A program made the translations under genes and the position numbers. Positions 29,528 through 39,900 of a DNA stretch of 64,000 nucleotides are shown piece after piece (position 1 is the first letter of the stretch; every line of letters starts with the position of its first letter). The notes under the pieces are model-generated. The model was not told where the DNA came from. It worked only from the letters and a program-made list of their open reading frames with translations, and did not search any database. Where the stretch lies: assembly GCA_963702835.1 (NCBI GenBank), contig OY969762.1, forward strand, positions 750,626 through 814,625, read 5' to 3'. The stretch is from Candidatus Aminicenantes bacterium (GTDB lineage Bacteria > Acidobacteriota > Aminicenantia > Aminicenantales > JAFGAV01).

Positions 29528-30739
29528 TCAAGCCTTGGTGGCTAGCGCTTTTTCCTGTTCTTTATTCTTGGCTGTCTCTTTGACAAAAAGCAAAAGCACG
29601 GCGGACCCGACGGTCAGCGCCAGCGATAGGAGGAAGGGGACGGCGCGGCCGAAGCGGTCCCACAAGAGCCCGGCCAGGAAGGAGGCTGGAAGCGCGCACA
29701 GGCCGATGACCATTTGGAAGGTGCCCAGGAAGCTGGCCCGCAGGCCGGCCGGGGCCAGGTCGCTGACCAGGGCCCGCTGGGCCGGTTCCAGAGCGGCCTT
29801 GTGCAGTCCGTAGACGACGAACATCCCACCCATAAAAACTAGGCTCCGTCCAAAGACCATTCCCAAGCTGACCACGGACCATAAGCCAAACGATAATAAA
29901 AGGATCGATTTGCGGCCAAAACGGTCCGACAGGCGGCCGAAGGGCAAGGACAAGAACGAGGCCGCCGCTGTATAGAGAAGATAGAGCACGGGGACAAAAC
30001 CGGGTTTGAATCCGGCATCCTTGGCGAAAATGAGCAGGAAGGAGTAGCTGAAGGCGCCCAGAGCGAAAAGCGCATTTGAAATGAGATAGAGGCGGAAGTT
30101 CGAGGAGAAATCTTTGAAGAAGACGCCCTTGAAAATGTGTTTTTCGGCCGGCTTCGCTTCCCTTATCAACAACAGGATGATAGCTACGCTGACCAGGGAG
30201 GGGAGGGCGGCCAGGGCGAAAAGCACTCGGAGGTCCAGAAAATTGACCAGGATGATGCAGGCCAGGATGCCGGCCAGGGCGCCGGCATTGTCCATGGCCC
30301 GCAGCAGGCCGAAGTTCCGGCCGCGGTTCGCCTCCGTCGATAGATCGGCCACCATGGCGTCCCGGGGCGCGCCGCGGATCTTGCCGGCCCGGTCCAGGAC
30401 ACGGAAGGGAATGACTTGAGTCCAGATCGATGAAAGGGCATAGCCCAGACGGGACAGGCTTCCGCACAAGTAGCCGGTCCAGATGAAGATCTTCCGTTTA
30501 TGCCAGCGGTCGGAGAGGGTGCCCGAGACGGCCTGGGACAGGGAGACCAGCGCCTCGCCCAGACCGTCCAGGAATCCCAGCACGGCCATATTGGCCCGCA
30601 GGACGGTAGTGATGAACATCGGCCAGACGGGGTAGATGATGTCCGAGCCGAAGTCGTTGAAAAAGGAGGCCAGGGCGAAGACCCGAATGGTGCGTTTGGA
30701 TTCAGCTTTCAACTTTCTTATTTGGCAGTTAGTTCCCAT
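29528..30739 (-). CDS. MFS transporter
   Basis: It has 12 predicted TM segments and an MFS-type GRLSDRFGRK motif. Start is taken at MGTNCQ. Confidence 0.8.
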   Translation of the reverse strand: MGTNCQIRKLKAESKRTIRVFALASFFNDFGSDIIYPVWPMFITTVLRANMAVLGFLDGLGEALVSLSQAVSGTLSDRWHKRKIFIWTGYLCGSLSRLGYALSSIWTQVIPFRVLDRAGKIRGAPRDAMVADLSTEANRGRNFGLLRAMDNAGALAGILACIILVNFLDLRVLFALAALPSLVSVAIILLLIREAKPAEKHIFKGVFFKDFSSNFRLYLISNALFALGAFSYSFLLIFAKDAGFKPGFVPVLYLLYTAAASFLSLPFGRLSDRFGRKSILLLSFGLWSVVSLGMVFGRSLVFMGGMFVVYGLHKAALEPAQRALVSDLAPAGLRASFLGTFQMVIGLCALPASFLAGLLWDRFGRAVPFLLSLALTVGSAVLLLFVKETAKNKEQEKALATKA

Positions 30740-30908
30740 TGGCCGAGAGCACAATCTGGCCGCTTAAGGCCTGCTGGCCCAGGACCTGGCCCTGATCGTT
30801 AGCCTGATAGGCCTGGGTGGCCCGGTAGACCTTGTCCTGGCCCGGCTGGGGAAACAGCGGCCAACGGAGACAACTTGACAGAACAATCAAGAGGGCGAAC
30901 TTTCTCAT
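30729..30908 (-). CDS. Possible small secreted protein (59 aa; signal-peptide-like N-terminus)
   Basis: ATG at 30906-30908. The peptide is MRKFALLIVLSSCLRWPLFPQPGQDKVYRATQAYQANDQGQVLGQQALSGQIVLSANGN, and it overlaps the MFS start by about 10 nt. Confidence 0.2.
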   Translation of the reverse strand: MRKFALLIVLSSCLRWPLFPQPGQDKVYRATQAYQANDQGQVLGQQALSGQIVLSANGN

Positions 30909-31112
30909 GGTTTCCTCTTTTTGGGCAAGGCGGACATTCTAGCAATTCTAGCGGAAGACGTCCAGGCGCCGCACTCACTCCTTCTTCCAGCCCAGGCTTT
31001 GAGCTCGGGTCGGAAGAAGATTTGGGAAAATCCTTTTTTCCAGATGAATTGACAGGCCTAAAAAGCGTCAGATATGATAAACAAAGGTGATTTGTCCAGC
31101 TCGAGTCAAGCC

Positions 31113-32384
31113 ATGAAAAAATTGTTCCAATTATGCTTCCTGGACGTCTTGCTTTTTGTCATTGGCCCACTAACAGCCGCTCAAGCCGATGACCCGACTT
31201 TGCGTCTGGCCATCGGGGATGCTCGATACAAGGACAAGACGCTCGACATCCGGCCGGGCCAGATCTTCTCGGCGGCCTCAGGGCGCGCCCTTTCTTTCAC
31301 GGCCATGGCTGAGGACTTGGGCCGGGCCCGGTTCGTTTATATCGGCGAAACCCACGACAGCCTGCCCAACCACGACCTCCAGCTCCGCATCGTGCAAGCT
31401 CTGCAGGAAAGGGACCCGGGCCTGGCCGTCGGCCTGGAGATGGTCCCGGCTACTTCTCAGGAAGTGCTCAACAAATGGAGCCTGGGGCTGCTGACCGAAG
31501 ACGAATTTCTTCGCCAGGCACGCTGGTATGTGGTCTGGAATTATCATTGGGGCTTCTACCGCAAGATTTTCTCCCTGGCCAAGGAGAAATCCATCCCTCT
31601 CCTGGCGCTCAACGTCGAACGCGATATCATCACCAAGGTCCGGATGAGGGGCTGGGACAGCCTGGCCGACGAGGAAAAGGCGCTCCTCCCCCGGCCCGAT
31701 CTTTCTAACCGGGACCACCGGGCCTTGATGAAGGCTGTTTTTTCGGCCGAGGAGTTGCCCCCCCAGATGAAAGGGGCCGGGTTCGAGGCCGTATTCGAAG
31801 GGCTGTACCGAGCCCAGTCCGCCTGGGATGAGGTCATGGCTTCGAACAGCCTCAAGGCTTCGGAAGAAGGGAAGAGGCGAGTGGTCGTTCTGGCCGGTTC
31901 CGGGCATCTTCTCTACAACCTGGGGATCAACCGCCGGGTCTTTGAGAAGAACCGGCTGCCGTTCCGAACGGTCGTCTGTGTCATTGTGCCGAAAGGCCGG
32001 GCCGGCCTCACCGTCTCCAGGTCGCTGGCCGATTACATCTGCGGACTGGCCGAGGAAGAGCGTCCTTTCTATCCCTCTCTCGGGCTGCGGCTCAAGACCG
32101 TGCCCGGGCTGGCCAACCTGGTCATTGAGTCCAAGCCTGTGGAGGGGGCGGCCGTGGGCCAAGATTTTGAAAAAGGCGATGTCATCCTGGCTGTGAACGC
32201 AAAAGCCTACTCCGACGTCAATGAACTGCGCCTGGACCTGGCCGTGTTCACCTGGGGCCAGGAGGTAAAGTTCAAGCTCCTGCGCGCCGGCGAAGTGCGC
32301 GAGGTGGTGCTGAGGATCATTCCGCCGCCGGCCAAGGCCGGGCCCGCCGGTCGGCTCCCGGGGGATCAAGCGGGCTTGAAATAG
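31113..32384 (+). CDS. ChaN/Tiki-superfamily (haem-binding uptake-like) lipoprotein fused to a C-terminal PDZ domain
   Basis: A signal peptide precedes a ChaN-like region (FVYIGETHDS...HDLQLRIV...GLEM...). The C-terminal PDZ-like segment reads GAAVGQDFEKGDVILAVNAKAY. Confidence 0.55.
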   Translation: MKKLFQLCFLDVLLFVIGPLTAAQADDPTLRLAIGDARYKDKTLDIRPGQIFSAASGRALSFTAMAEDLGRARFVYIGETHDSLPNHDLQLRIVQALQERDPGLAVGLEMVPATSQEVLNKWSLGLLTEDEFLRQARWYVVWNYHWGFYRKIFSLAKEKSIPLLALNVERDIITKVRMRGWDSLADEEKALLPRPDLSNRDHRALMKAVFSAEELPPQMKGAGFEAVFEGLYRAQSAWDEVMASNSLKASEEGKRRVVVLAGSGHLLYNLGINRRVFEKNRLPFRTVVCVIVPKGRAGLTVSRSLADYICGLAEEERPFYPSLGLRLKTVPGLANLVIESKPVEGAAVGQDFEKGDVILAVNAKAYSDVNELRLDLAVFTWGQEVKFKLLRAGEVREVVLRIIPPPAKAGPAGRLPGDQAGLK

Positions 32385-32421
32385 AAGAAGTCGGAAATAG
32401 AAGAAAAGGGAGGGTTATCTC

Positions 32422-34134
32422 ATGAAAAAGATTAGATTGATGACAATGATTTCAGCGGGGCTGGCCTCGGGCCTCCTCATCCTGAACACCGCGGCTTTCG
32501 CTTCCAGGGAGGCTCTCCTGACGCCGGCCGAGGACTGCCGATATACCGAATACTCCCAGCCTGAGGAGGTGGCCCGATTTTTGAGCTATCTGGATGCGAT
32601 CTCCAAGGAGACCGTGGTCCAGGTCGTCGGCCGGACCAGGGAGGTTGGGGAGTTCCCGGCTAAAGACCTCTATCTCTGCATCCTGACCGAGTCGGGTGTG
32701 GCCACGCCCGATAAACTGGACCGAACCAAGCCTACCCTGATGATCACCGCTTCCCAGCACGGCAACGAGCAGGCGGGTAAAGAGTCTGCTTTGGAGTTCG
32801 TTCGCGACCTGGCCCTGGGCGAGCTCAGGCCTTTGCTCAAACAGGCCAATATCCTGGTCATGCCCCAGTGTAACCCCTACGGCAATTGGTTCGACCGCCG
32901 CCAGAACGAGCAAGACCTGGACCTGAACCGTGACCACACCAAGCTGGAGTCGGAGGAAGTAGCGGCCATGCACCGTGTCTTCCGGGCCTGGATGCCCGAA
33001 ATCACCCTGGACATGCATGAAAAGGGCGACGATTATTACCGGGTGTCGCTGGGCTGCGTCTCGAACATCAACATCTCCGCCGCGCTCCGGAAATTCTCGC
33101 GGGAGACTATCCTCCCCGAGGTGGACAAGGCCCTGGACAGGAAGAACATCACTTTCTGCGAATATGTGGTGACCGATGATATTGAATTCAACGTCTCCAC
33201 CGGGGTCAACTACCCGGCCGCCATGCTGAACGGCCGCGAGACGAGGATGCGTTTCAGCACCGTGGAGCTGAACGACGGCCGCAGCGGCCCGGGCATCTAC
33301 GAGACGCTGTCCTTCATCATGGAGTGCGCCTCCCGCCATGATTTGTCCACCCTCCGGGAGAGGACGCGTTGGCAGTCGAGCGGGCTGAGGGCCTGGGCCG
33401 AGTCCGTGGTCCGGCATGGCCAGGAAATCCTGACCATGGTCAACCGGCTGCGGGCGGAGCTCTTGGCCAAAGCCCGGGTTTATAGTCCGGATGATGTGGT
33501 CCATCTGCGAATGGAATATGTTCGCGATCCAAAACAGCCCAAGCTGGTGCGCCAAAGCTTCCAATCGGCCTCCAGCCCCGTGCGGGGGATCCTGAGGGTG
33601 GATAAAAAGGCGGGGGATGCCGTTGCCGCCAATGATCTGGCGCCCTATCCCTTGCCTTCTCAGCTCAAGGTTGTGCAGGAGGTCGTGCTGAACTGGTTCC
33701 CCGGCGTCGAATCCCGGCTGGCCGTGACGCGGCCCGTGGGCTACATTATTCCGGGAGATAAGACCGCTGTGATCGAGACGCTGCTCCGGCATAGGATCGC
33801 CGTGGACCTCTTCGTCAAGGACGCCCCGCTATCCGTAGAAGCCTATGAGGTGAAATCCATCGAGTTGGCCGATTTTGATTGGCTGCCGCCCAAGACGATC
33901 GAGGTGGAGAAGAAAGTGATGCCCATCGTCGTCCGCAAAGGCGATTTTTTTGTGTCCTGCGGCCAGCCGGCGGCCAATTTGATTCCCTGCCTGCTGGAGC
34001 CTCAATCCCAGTTCGGGTTCATCTGTTATCAGAAACTCAAGCTCCTGCCCAAGGCCGAGGATATCTTTTCCATAACCCGCTATGTTGGGAGTCAACCGCT
34101 GCCCGTGATTCCTTACCGGGACTTCCTGAACTGA
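32422..34134 (+). CDS. M14 family zinc carboxypeptidase (secreted)
   Basis: Signal peptide present. The zinc-ligand region reads ITASQHGNEQAG...NPYG...DLNRD...HE. The protein is about 570 aa. Confidence 0.7.
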   Translation: MKKIRLMTMISAGLASGLLILNTAAFASREALLTPAEDCRYTEYSQPEEVARFLSYLDAISKETVVQVVGRTREVGEFPAKDLYLCILTESGVATPDKLDRTKPTLMITASQHGNEQAGKESALEFVRDLALGELRPLLKQANILVMPQCNPYGNWFDRRQNEQDLDLNRDHTKLESEEVAAMHRVFRAWMPEITLDMHEKGDDYYRVSLGCVSNINISAALRKFSRETILPEVDKALDRKNITFCEYVVTDDIEFNVSTGVNYPAAMLNGRETRMRFSTVELNDGRSGPGIYETLSFIMECASRHDLSTLRERTRWQSSGLRAWAESVVRHGQEILTMVNRLRAELLAKARVYSPDDVVHLRMEYVRDPKQPKLVRQSFQSASSPVRGILRVDKKAGDAVAANDLAPYPLPSQLKVVQEVVLNWFPGVESRLAVTRPVGYIIPGDKTAVIETLLRHRIAVDLFVKDAPLSVEAYEVKSIELADFDWLPPKTIEVEKKVMPIVVRKGDFFVSCGQPAANLIPCLLEPQSQFGFICYQKLKLLPKAEDIFSITRYVGSQPLPVIPYRDFLN

Positions 34135-34209
34135 CTCTCCCCGGAGGTTGGGGGGCTCCACGACCCCTCATTGGGATATTGGCATCATGTTCTGCCCAGA
34201 GGAGGCCGA

Positions 34210-36945
34210 ATGATAAAGCGTTTTGATCCCTTCCTATTTCTGGCTCTTTCTCTTTTGCTTTTTTTCATCCTCTCCGCGGCGGCGGGCCAGGATATGTTCA
34301 CTGAGAACTTGTTGAAAAACTTTACCTTCCGCAGCCTGGGGCCTTACCGCGCCGGCTCCTGGGTCACTTCCGTCGCCGTCCCCGAAAAACCGCTCAAGGA
34401 GCATCTCTACACCTTCTATATCGGCACGAGGAACGGCGGCGTATGGAAGACGGTCAATAACGGGACTACTTTCGAGCCGGTGTTTGACGGCCAGAGCCGG
34501 CTGTCCATCGGCGACGTGGCCGTGGCGCCTTCCAACAGTCAGGTCATTTGGGTAGGGACGGGTGAGTCCTATTGCACCCGGAGCTCGCACAGCGGAGACG
34601 GCGTTTATAAATCCGTGGACGGGGGGAAGACCTGGATTCCTATGGGCCTCCCGGATTCCCATCATATCGCCCGGATCATTGTCCATCCCCGGAACCCGGA
34701 AGTCGTCTATGTGGCGGCCATGGGCCACCTGTTCACGCCCAATGCCGAGCGCGGCGTATTCAAAACCATTGACGGCGGCCGGACCTGGAAGAAAGTCCTT
34801 TATATCAACGATAAAATCGGCGTCATCGATCTGGTCCAGGACCGCCGCCGGCCGGAAATCCTTTACGCGGCTGCTTACGACAAGGTGCGGCTGCCCTGGC
34901 ACTATGAGGCCGGCGGGCCGGAGAGCGCCGTCTATAAGACGGAGAACGCCGGGAAGTCATGGCGACGTCTCAGCGGGGGGCTTCCCACGGGCCGGGTCGG
35001 ACGCATCGGCCTCGATCTTTACCAGAAAAACCCGGATATCCTGTATGCCATCGTGGAAAACGCCAACCCCAGGCCGGCCACCCAGCAGGAGCAGGAACAG
35101 GATAAGCGTCGCGGGCTTGAGCCGCGTCCGCGTACGGTGGGGAATGAAGTCTATCGGACGGACGATGGCGGCCGGGCCTGGAGGAAAGTGAACCCCGGCA
35201 GCGAAGCTGCCCTGGATAAAGCGCCCTATTCCTTCAACCAGCTTCGCCTGGACCAGAACGACCCCGGCACGGTCTATATCACCGGACAGTCCCTGGCCAG
35301 CACCAACGATGCGGGCAAGACATGGAAAGGCCTGGCTTGGCCGTCGGACGGAGTTTTTCAGAAGGCTTTCGGCGACTGGCGCACTCTGTGGGTGGACCCT
35401 CAGAATTCAGACCGGCTCATCTTCGGCAGCGATGGCGGCATTTACATCTCCTATGACCGCGGCCTGACCTGCCACAACTGCGATAACCTTCCCCTGGGCG
35501 AGTTCTACGCCCTGGGCCTGGACATGGAGGACCCCTACAACATTTACGGCGGCCTGCAGGACCACGATTCCTGGAAAGCGCCGTCGCTCGGCTGGGCGGG
35601 TGCCATCAGCCTCTCCGAGTGGGTCACCGTGGGAAGCGGGGACGGCATGTACAACCAGGTCGATCCCATAGACGGCCGCTGGGTTTACAACAACAGGGAA
35701 TTCGGGGCGATGTGGCGGCTCGACCAGAAAACCGGCCTGCAGACTGAAATCCGGCCGCGGCGGACGCCAGGGCAGGAACCGCTGCGCTTCAACTGGACGC
35801 CGCCCATCCTTCTCTCGCCCCACGACCCGGCTGTGGTTTATGTCGGCGCCCAGGTCCTCTTCCGGTCATCCGACAGAGGCGACCACTGGACGGAGCTCAG
35901 CCCGGACCTGACCACTAATGATAAATCCAAGCAGGCCGGAGCCGGCAACATCACCTACTGCACCATCACCACTCTCGCCGAGTCGGCGCTTCAGCCCGGC
36001 GTCATTTGGGTGGGGACGGACGACGGCAAGGTCCAATTGACCACCGACGGGGGAGCTACCTGGAAAGACCGGACCCCCAACATCTCCGCCGCGGGCGGAC
36101 CGGAGAATTTTTGGGTGAGCCGGGTCTTTGCCTCTCCCCATGAGGCGGGCACGGCTTTCGCGGCCAAGACCGGCCTGCGCTTCGACGATTTCCGAGCTCT
36201 TCTCTTTAAAACGACGGACTATGGAGAGACCTGGACGTCTCTATCCGGCGGCCTTCCCGAAAAATGTGTCAACGTTGTTGTCCAGGACCGCCGGAATCCC
36301 GGCCTGCTGTTCGTAGGGACGGAGCAGGGGGTGTACGTGTCACTCGACGGAGGGAAGAAGTGGGTTCCCTTTAAGAACAATATGCCCTGGGTCAAGGTGA
36401 CCGACCTGGCCATCCATCCCCGCCAGAACGACCTGGTGGTGGCCACCTTCGGCCGGGGCCTGTATATCACGGACATCGCGCCCCTCCAGGAAATGAATGA
36501 GGCCATGCTCCAGCAGGATGTTTTTATTTTTGAAATCAAACCGGCCGTGCAGAGGATCTACGGCGGCCTGGGCAACTATCAACTCCTGGGCGACGACCAT
36601 CTCATCACCCCGAACGAGCCCAACGCCGTGGTGGTCAATTATTATTTAAAGGAAAAGGCCAAAAGCAAGGTCAAGATAACGGTATCTGATGCCGCGGGCC
36701 AGACCCTGGCCGAGCTCGACGGCCGGGGCGAAGCCGGGGTGAATACCGTGCTTTGGGATATGAGGCCGCCTAAGCCCGCTGGTCAAGCCCCCCGCTTCGA
36801 GGATGATTCGAGAAGCCCCCTGGTGGACCCCGGCCCGTACTCGGTGAAGCTCGATATTGACGGCAGGACTTTAACCAAAAAAGCCGTGATCGTCAAACGG
36901 ATGGGCTGGTCTCTCGGCCCCTTCCCGACGGTTATAAAAGAATAG
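34210..36945 (+). CDS. BNR/Asp-box repeat beta-propeller protein (sortilin/VPS10-like / xyloglucanase-like), secreted
   Basis: The RBS ggagg precedes ATG at 34210. A signal peptide is present, and Asp-box repeats recur (SxDxGxTW: SVDGGKTW, TIDGGRTW, TENAGKSW, TDDGGRAW, TNDAGKTW, TTDGGATW, SLDGGKKW). Confidence 0.75.
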   Translation: MIKRFDPFLFLALSLLLFFILSAAAGQDMFTENLLKNFTFRSLGPYRAGSWVTSVAVPEKPLKEHLYTFYIGTRNGGVWKTVNNGTTFEPVFDGQSRLSIGDVAVAPSNSQVIWVGTGESYCTRSSHSGDGVYKSVDGGKTWIPMGLPDSHHIARIIVHPRNPEVVYVAAMGHLFTPNAERGVFKTIDGGRTWKKVLYINDKIGVIDLVQDRRRPEILYAAAYDKVRLPWHYEAGGPESAVYKTENAGKSWRRLSGGLPTGRVGRIGLDLYQKNPDILYAIVENANPRPATQQEQEQDKRRGLEPRPRTVGNEVYRTDDGGRAWRKVNPGSEAALDKAPYSFNQLRLDQNDPGTVYITGQSLASTNDAGKTWKGLAWPSDGVFQKAFGDWRTLWVDPQNSDRLIFGSDGGIYISYDRGLTCHNCDNLPLGEFYALGLDMEDPYNIYGGLQDHDSWKAPSLGWAGAISLSEWVTVGSGDGMYNQVDPIDGRWVYNNREFGAMWRLDQKTGLQTEIRPRRTPGQEPLRFNWTPPILLSPHDPAVVYVGAQVLFRSSDRGDHWTELSPDLTTNDKSKQAGAGNITYCTITTLAESALQPGVIWVGTDDGKVQLTTDGGATWKDRTPNISAAGGPENFWVSRVFASPHEAGTAFAAKTGLRFDDFRALLFKTTDYGETWTSLSGGLPEKCVNVVVQDRRNPGLLFVGTEQGVYVSLDGGKKWVPFKNNMPWVKVTDLAIHPRQNDLVVATFGRGLYITDIAPLQEMNEAMLQQDVFIFEIKPAVQRIYGGLGNYQLLGDDHLITPNEPNAVVVNYYLKEKAKSKVKITVSDAAGQTLAELDGRGEAGVNTVLWDMRPPKPAGQAPRFEDDSRSPLVDPGPYSVKLDIDGRTLTKKAVIVKRMGWSLGPFPTVIKE

Positions 36946-36972
36946 CCATCTCGTCGAGGAACCGGCTTAGCC

Positions 36973-39900
36973 TCACTTCCTTTTGTCCGGATAGGCCGGG
37001 TGCTTGGGAACCTCGACCGGCTTTTTCTCTATTTTCTCCTGGAGATACTTGACGGCCGCCTCGAGCTGGGCGTCTTTTCCCCGGAAGGCGGCGCGGGGCA
37101 GGTTGTCCACCACGATATCAGGTTCGACGCCGTGGCCCTCGATGAGCCATTCGCCCTCCGGGCTGTAGACGCCCGTTTCTGCTGCTGAGGCGATTCCCCG
37201 GTCGACCAGGATGTTGCTCTGGCTCAACCAGATCTCGCCCCCCCAGGTCCGCATGCCGATGACCTGGCCCAGGCCGAGCCTGCGGAAGCCTTCGCTGAAA
37301 GCCTCGCCGTCCGAGGCCGTATATTCGTCGCACAGGACGACCAGGTGCCCGCGGAAAGCGTATTGCATGTTCCAGGTCGGCCTGCCCACCCGGCCCTGCC
37401 AGTAGAACCAGGCCCGCCGCAGAAGTTTTTCCAGAATCCAGGAATCGATGTTGCCGCCGCGGTTATGCCGGACATCGATGATCAGCCCTTGGCGGTCGAA
37501 GACCGGATAAAAGTTCTTGGCCCACTCGGTGTAGTTGTCGCCGCCCATAGCCCGCAGATGGAGGTAGCCGATTTTTCCTTTCCCGGCCTTCTCCACTTCA
37601 AGGCGGCGGGTGTATTCCCATTCGGCATAGCGGAGGTCGGATTCGGCCCCGGTGGTCAGGGGATAGACGATGGCCTTGAAGGCCTCACCGCCCGCGGCCG
37701 GCTTGACCTCGAGCAGAACCTGCAGGCCGGCCGTGTTCCGCAGGAGGAGCGACGGGTCGGCCACGCCGACCGTCGGCGCGCCGTTTATGGCCATGATCAG
37801 GTCGCCCTCCCGGATGTTCAGCATGGGCTGGCCCAGCGGGGAACAGCGCTCGGGATACTCGGGGTCCGACCGGTAGATGTGCTCGACCCGATAGCCGCCC
37901 CCGGCCTCATCGCGGGCCAGCCTGGCCCCCAGCGAACCCAGGGCAACATTATCGGCGCCTTGACGGACATCGCCGCCCCGGACGAAGGTGTGGAGGGCCG
38001 ACAGCTCGCCGACGAGATGGGCCAGGAGGTCATTGAGCTCGGCCCGGTCGCTGACCCTGTCCACAAAGGGCCGGTGCCGCTGGAGAAGGCCTTGGTAATC
38101 GACGTTGTGGAGGTTCCGGTCGTAGAAATAGTCCCTCTCCATGCGCCAGGCGTCAATGAACATCTGACGCCACTCCTGCCTGGGGTCGATAGAGAAGGTC
38201 CAGCGGGACATATCGACTTTCTTCTCGCCCAGGGCCGGGGGAGCCGAGGCTGCGGCGTCGATGACGTAGAGGTCGCTGTCTTTCTGGACGAGGATCTTCT
38301 TTCCGTCGGCCGAAAGCTCGAAGTTCCGAATGTCCTCCAGGACCGTCTTGGCCTGGACGTTTCGGTTCTTGATCTCGATGGCCTGAAGCTTGTTGCGGCC
38401 CGCGGCGGCGCTCTCCCGGTCGATGAAGAAAAGCATTTTTTCGCAGACGGCGAGTTGAGAATAAGCGCCGGCCGGGAGGGGCACCTCAAAGATGCGATCC
38501 TGGATGCCGGCCAGCTCCATCACCACCTTGGCCGCGGCTGCCTTAGGCCCTTTTGACTCGGCGGGTTTTTCGGCCTTGGCCGGCTCTCCGGCCGGGGCCT
38601 TTGCCTCCTTGGCTTCTTTCTGCGCCTTGTCTTCCTTAGTGAGCTCATTGGAAGGAGCGAAGGGGAAGGTCTCCTTGGCGGTCAAGGCCAGGGCATAGAT
38701 TTTAGTCGTCTTGTCAAAGTAGGGTTCCGGCTGGCGGGGTCCCCAGGGGCTGCCCACGGCGCTCCGCAAATATCGGTCGGACAGAAAATAGAGCCACTTC
38801 CCGTCCGGGCTCCAGGCCGGGTTATAGGAGTCGACGCGGTTGTCGGTCAGCTCGCTGATTTGGCCCGTCGTGGCGTTGAGGAGCATGACCTGCTGGAAAG
38901 AGTTGTCGGCCGTTTGGCCGAAAGCCAGCCACTGGCTGTCGGCGGACCAGGCCAGGTCGTCGAACATCCCGTTCGGTGATTCGGCCACCCGGCTCAGGGT
39001 TTTCTTATCGAGGCTGTAAACCCAGAGCTGGTTGTCTTTGTCGGCGAAGGCGATGGAGCGGCCGTCGGGCGAGGGAATCCCGTCGAAGCGGATGACTTTG
39101 GCGCCCGAGGTGAGCTGCTCCTCCTGCCCCAGCCCGTCGGCCGGGGTGCGGAGGAATTCCCACTCGCCGGTCTGGTCGGAGAGGATCATCAGGATTTTCC
39201 CGTCCCCCAGGAAGCGGGCGGTCCGGCTGCGGACGCCGTCCTGGCGGCTGACCCGGATCCACCGTCCGTCTTCCACGGGAGCGACAAAGACGTTGCCGCG
39301 GGAAATGAGGACCAGCCGGTCACCCGAGGGCGAGAGATGGACGGAGGTCAAGTAGTCCAGCGGCTTGCTGACCCATTTCTCCCGCATCTGGTCGAAGTCC
39401 GAGGGGAGGGTGATGTCGATGGGACGATCCTGGCCGCTGCCGATGTCGTAAAGGCGGAGGTCGGCCACCAGCTGATAGGCAATTTTCCCGTTGTGGAGCG
39501 AGGGCCAGCTCACGTCGAATCCTTTATGGAAGGTGTGCTGCTTGAGAGCCCCGCCCTGGGGATCTATGGACCACAGGTTCATGGTGCCGTCGCGGTCGCT
39601 GACAAAATAGACCCGGCCCTGCCAGAACATGGGGTTTTTGCTCGTCCCGGGATAGTCGGCGGTCAGGGGGGAAGCCTCCGGGTCTCCGGCTGTGTACCTC
39701 CACAGGTTTTGGGCAGTCCCGCCTTTATATCGTTTGGTGTAGCTTCCTTGGAAGGGGAGACGGGTAAAGTAGAGCGCCCGGCCGGCCGGGTCAAAGGACC
39801 CGTCCGCTGCCTGGCTGAGAGGGAGAATGTTTTCGGTATTTGTCTTAGGGTCGAGGACCACCAGCTGGGTGTTGGGGAGCGTCGAGTACTTCTGGGTGGC

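Noticed and set aside
32452-33792. 446-aa minus-strand ORF overlapping the M14 carboxypeptidase
   Set aside because: Antisense artefact of a high-GC coding region; no motifs.
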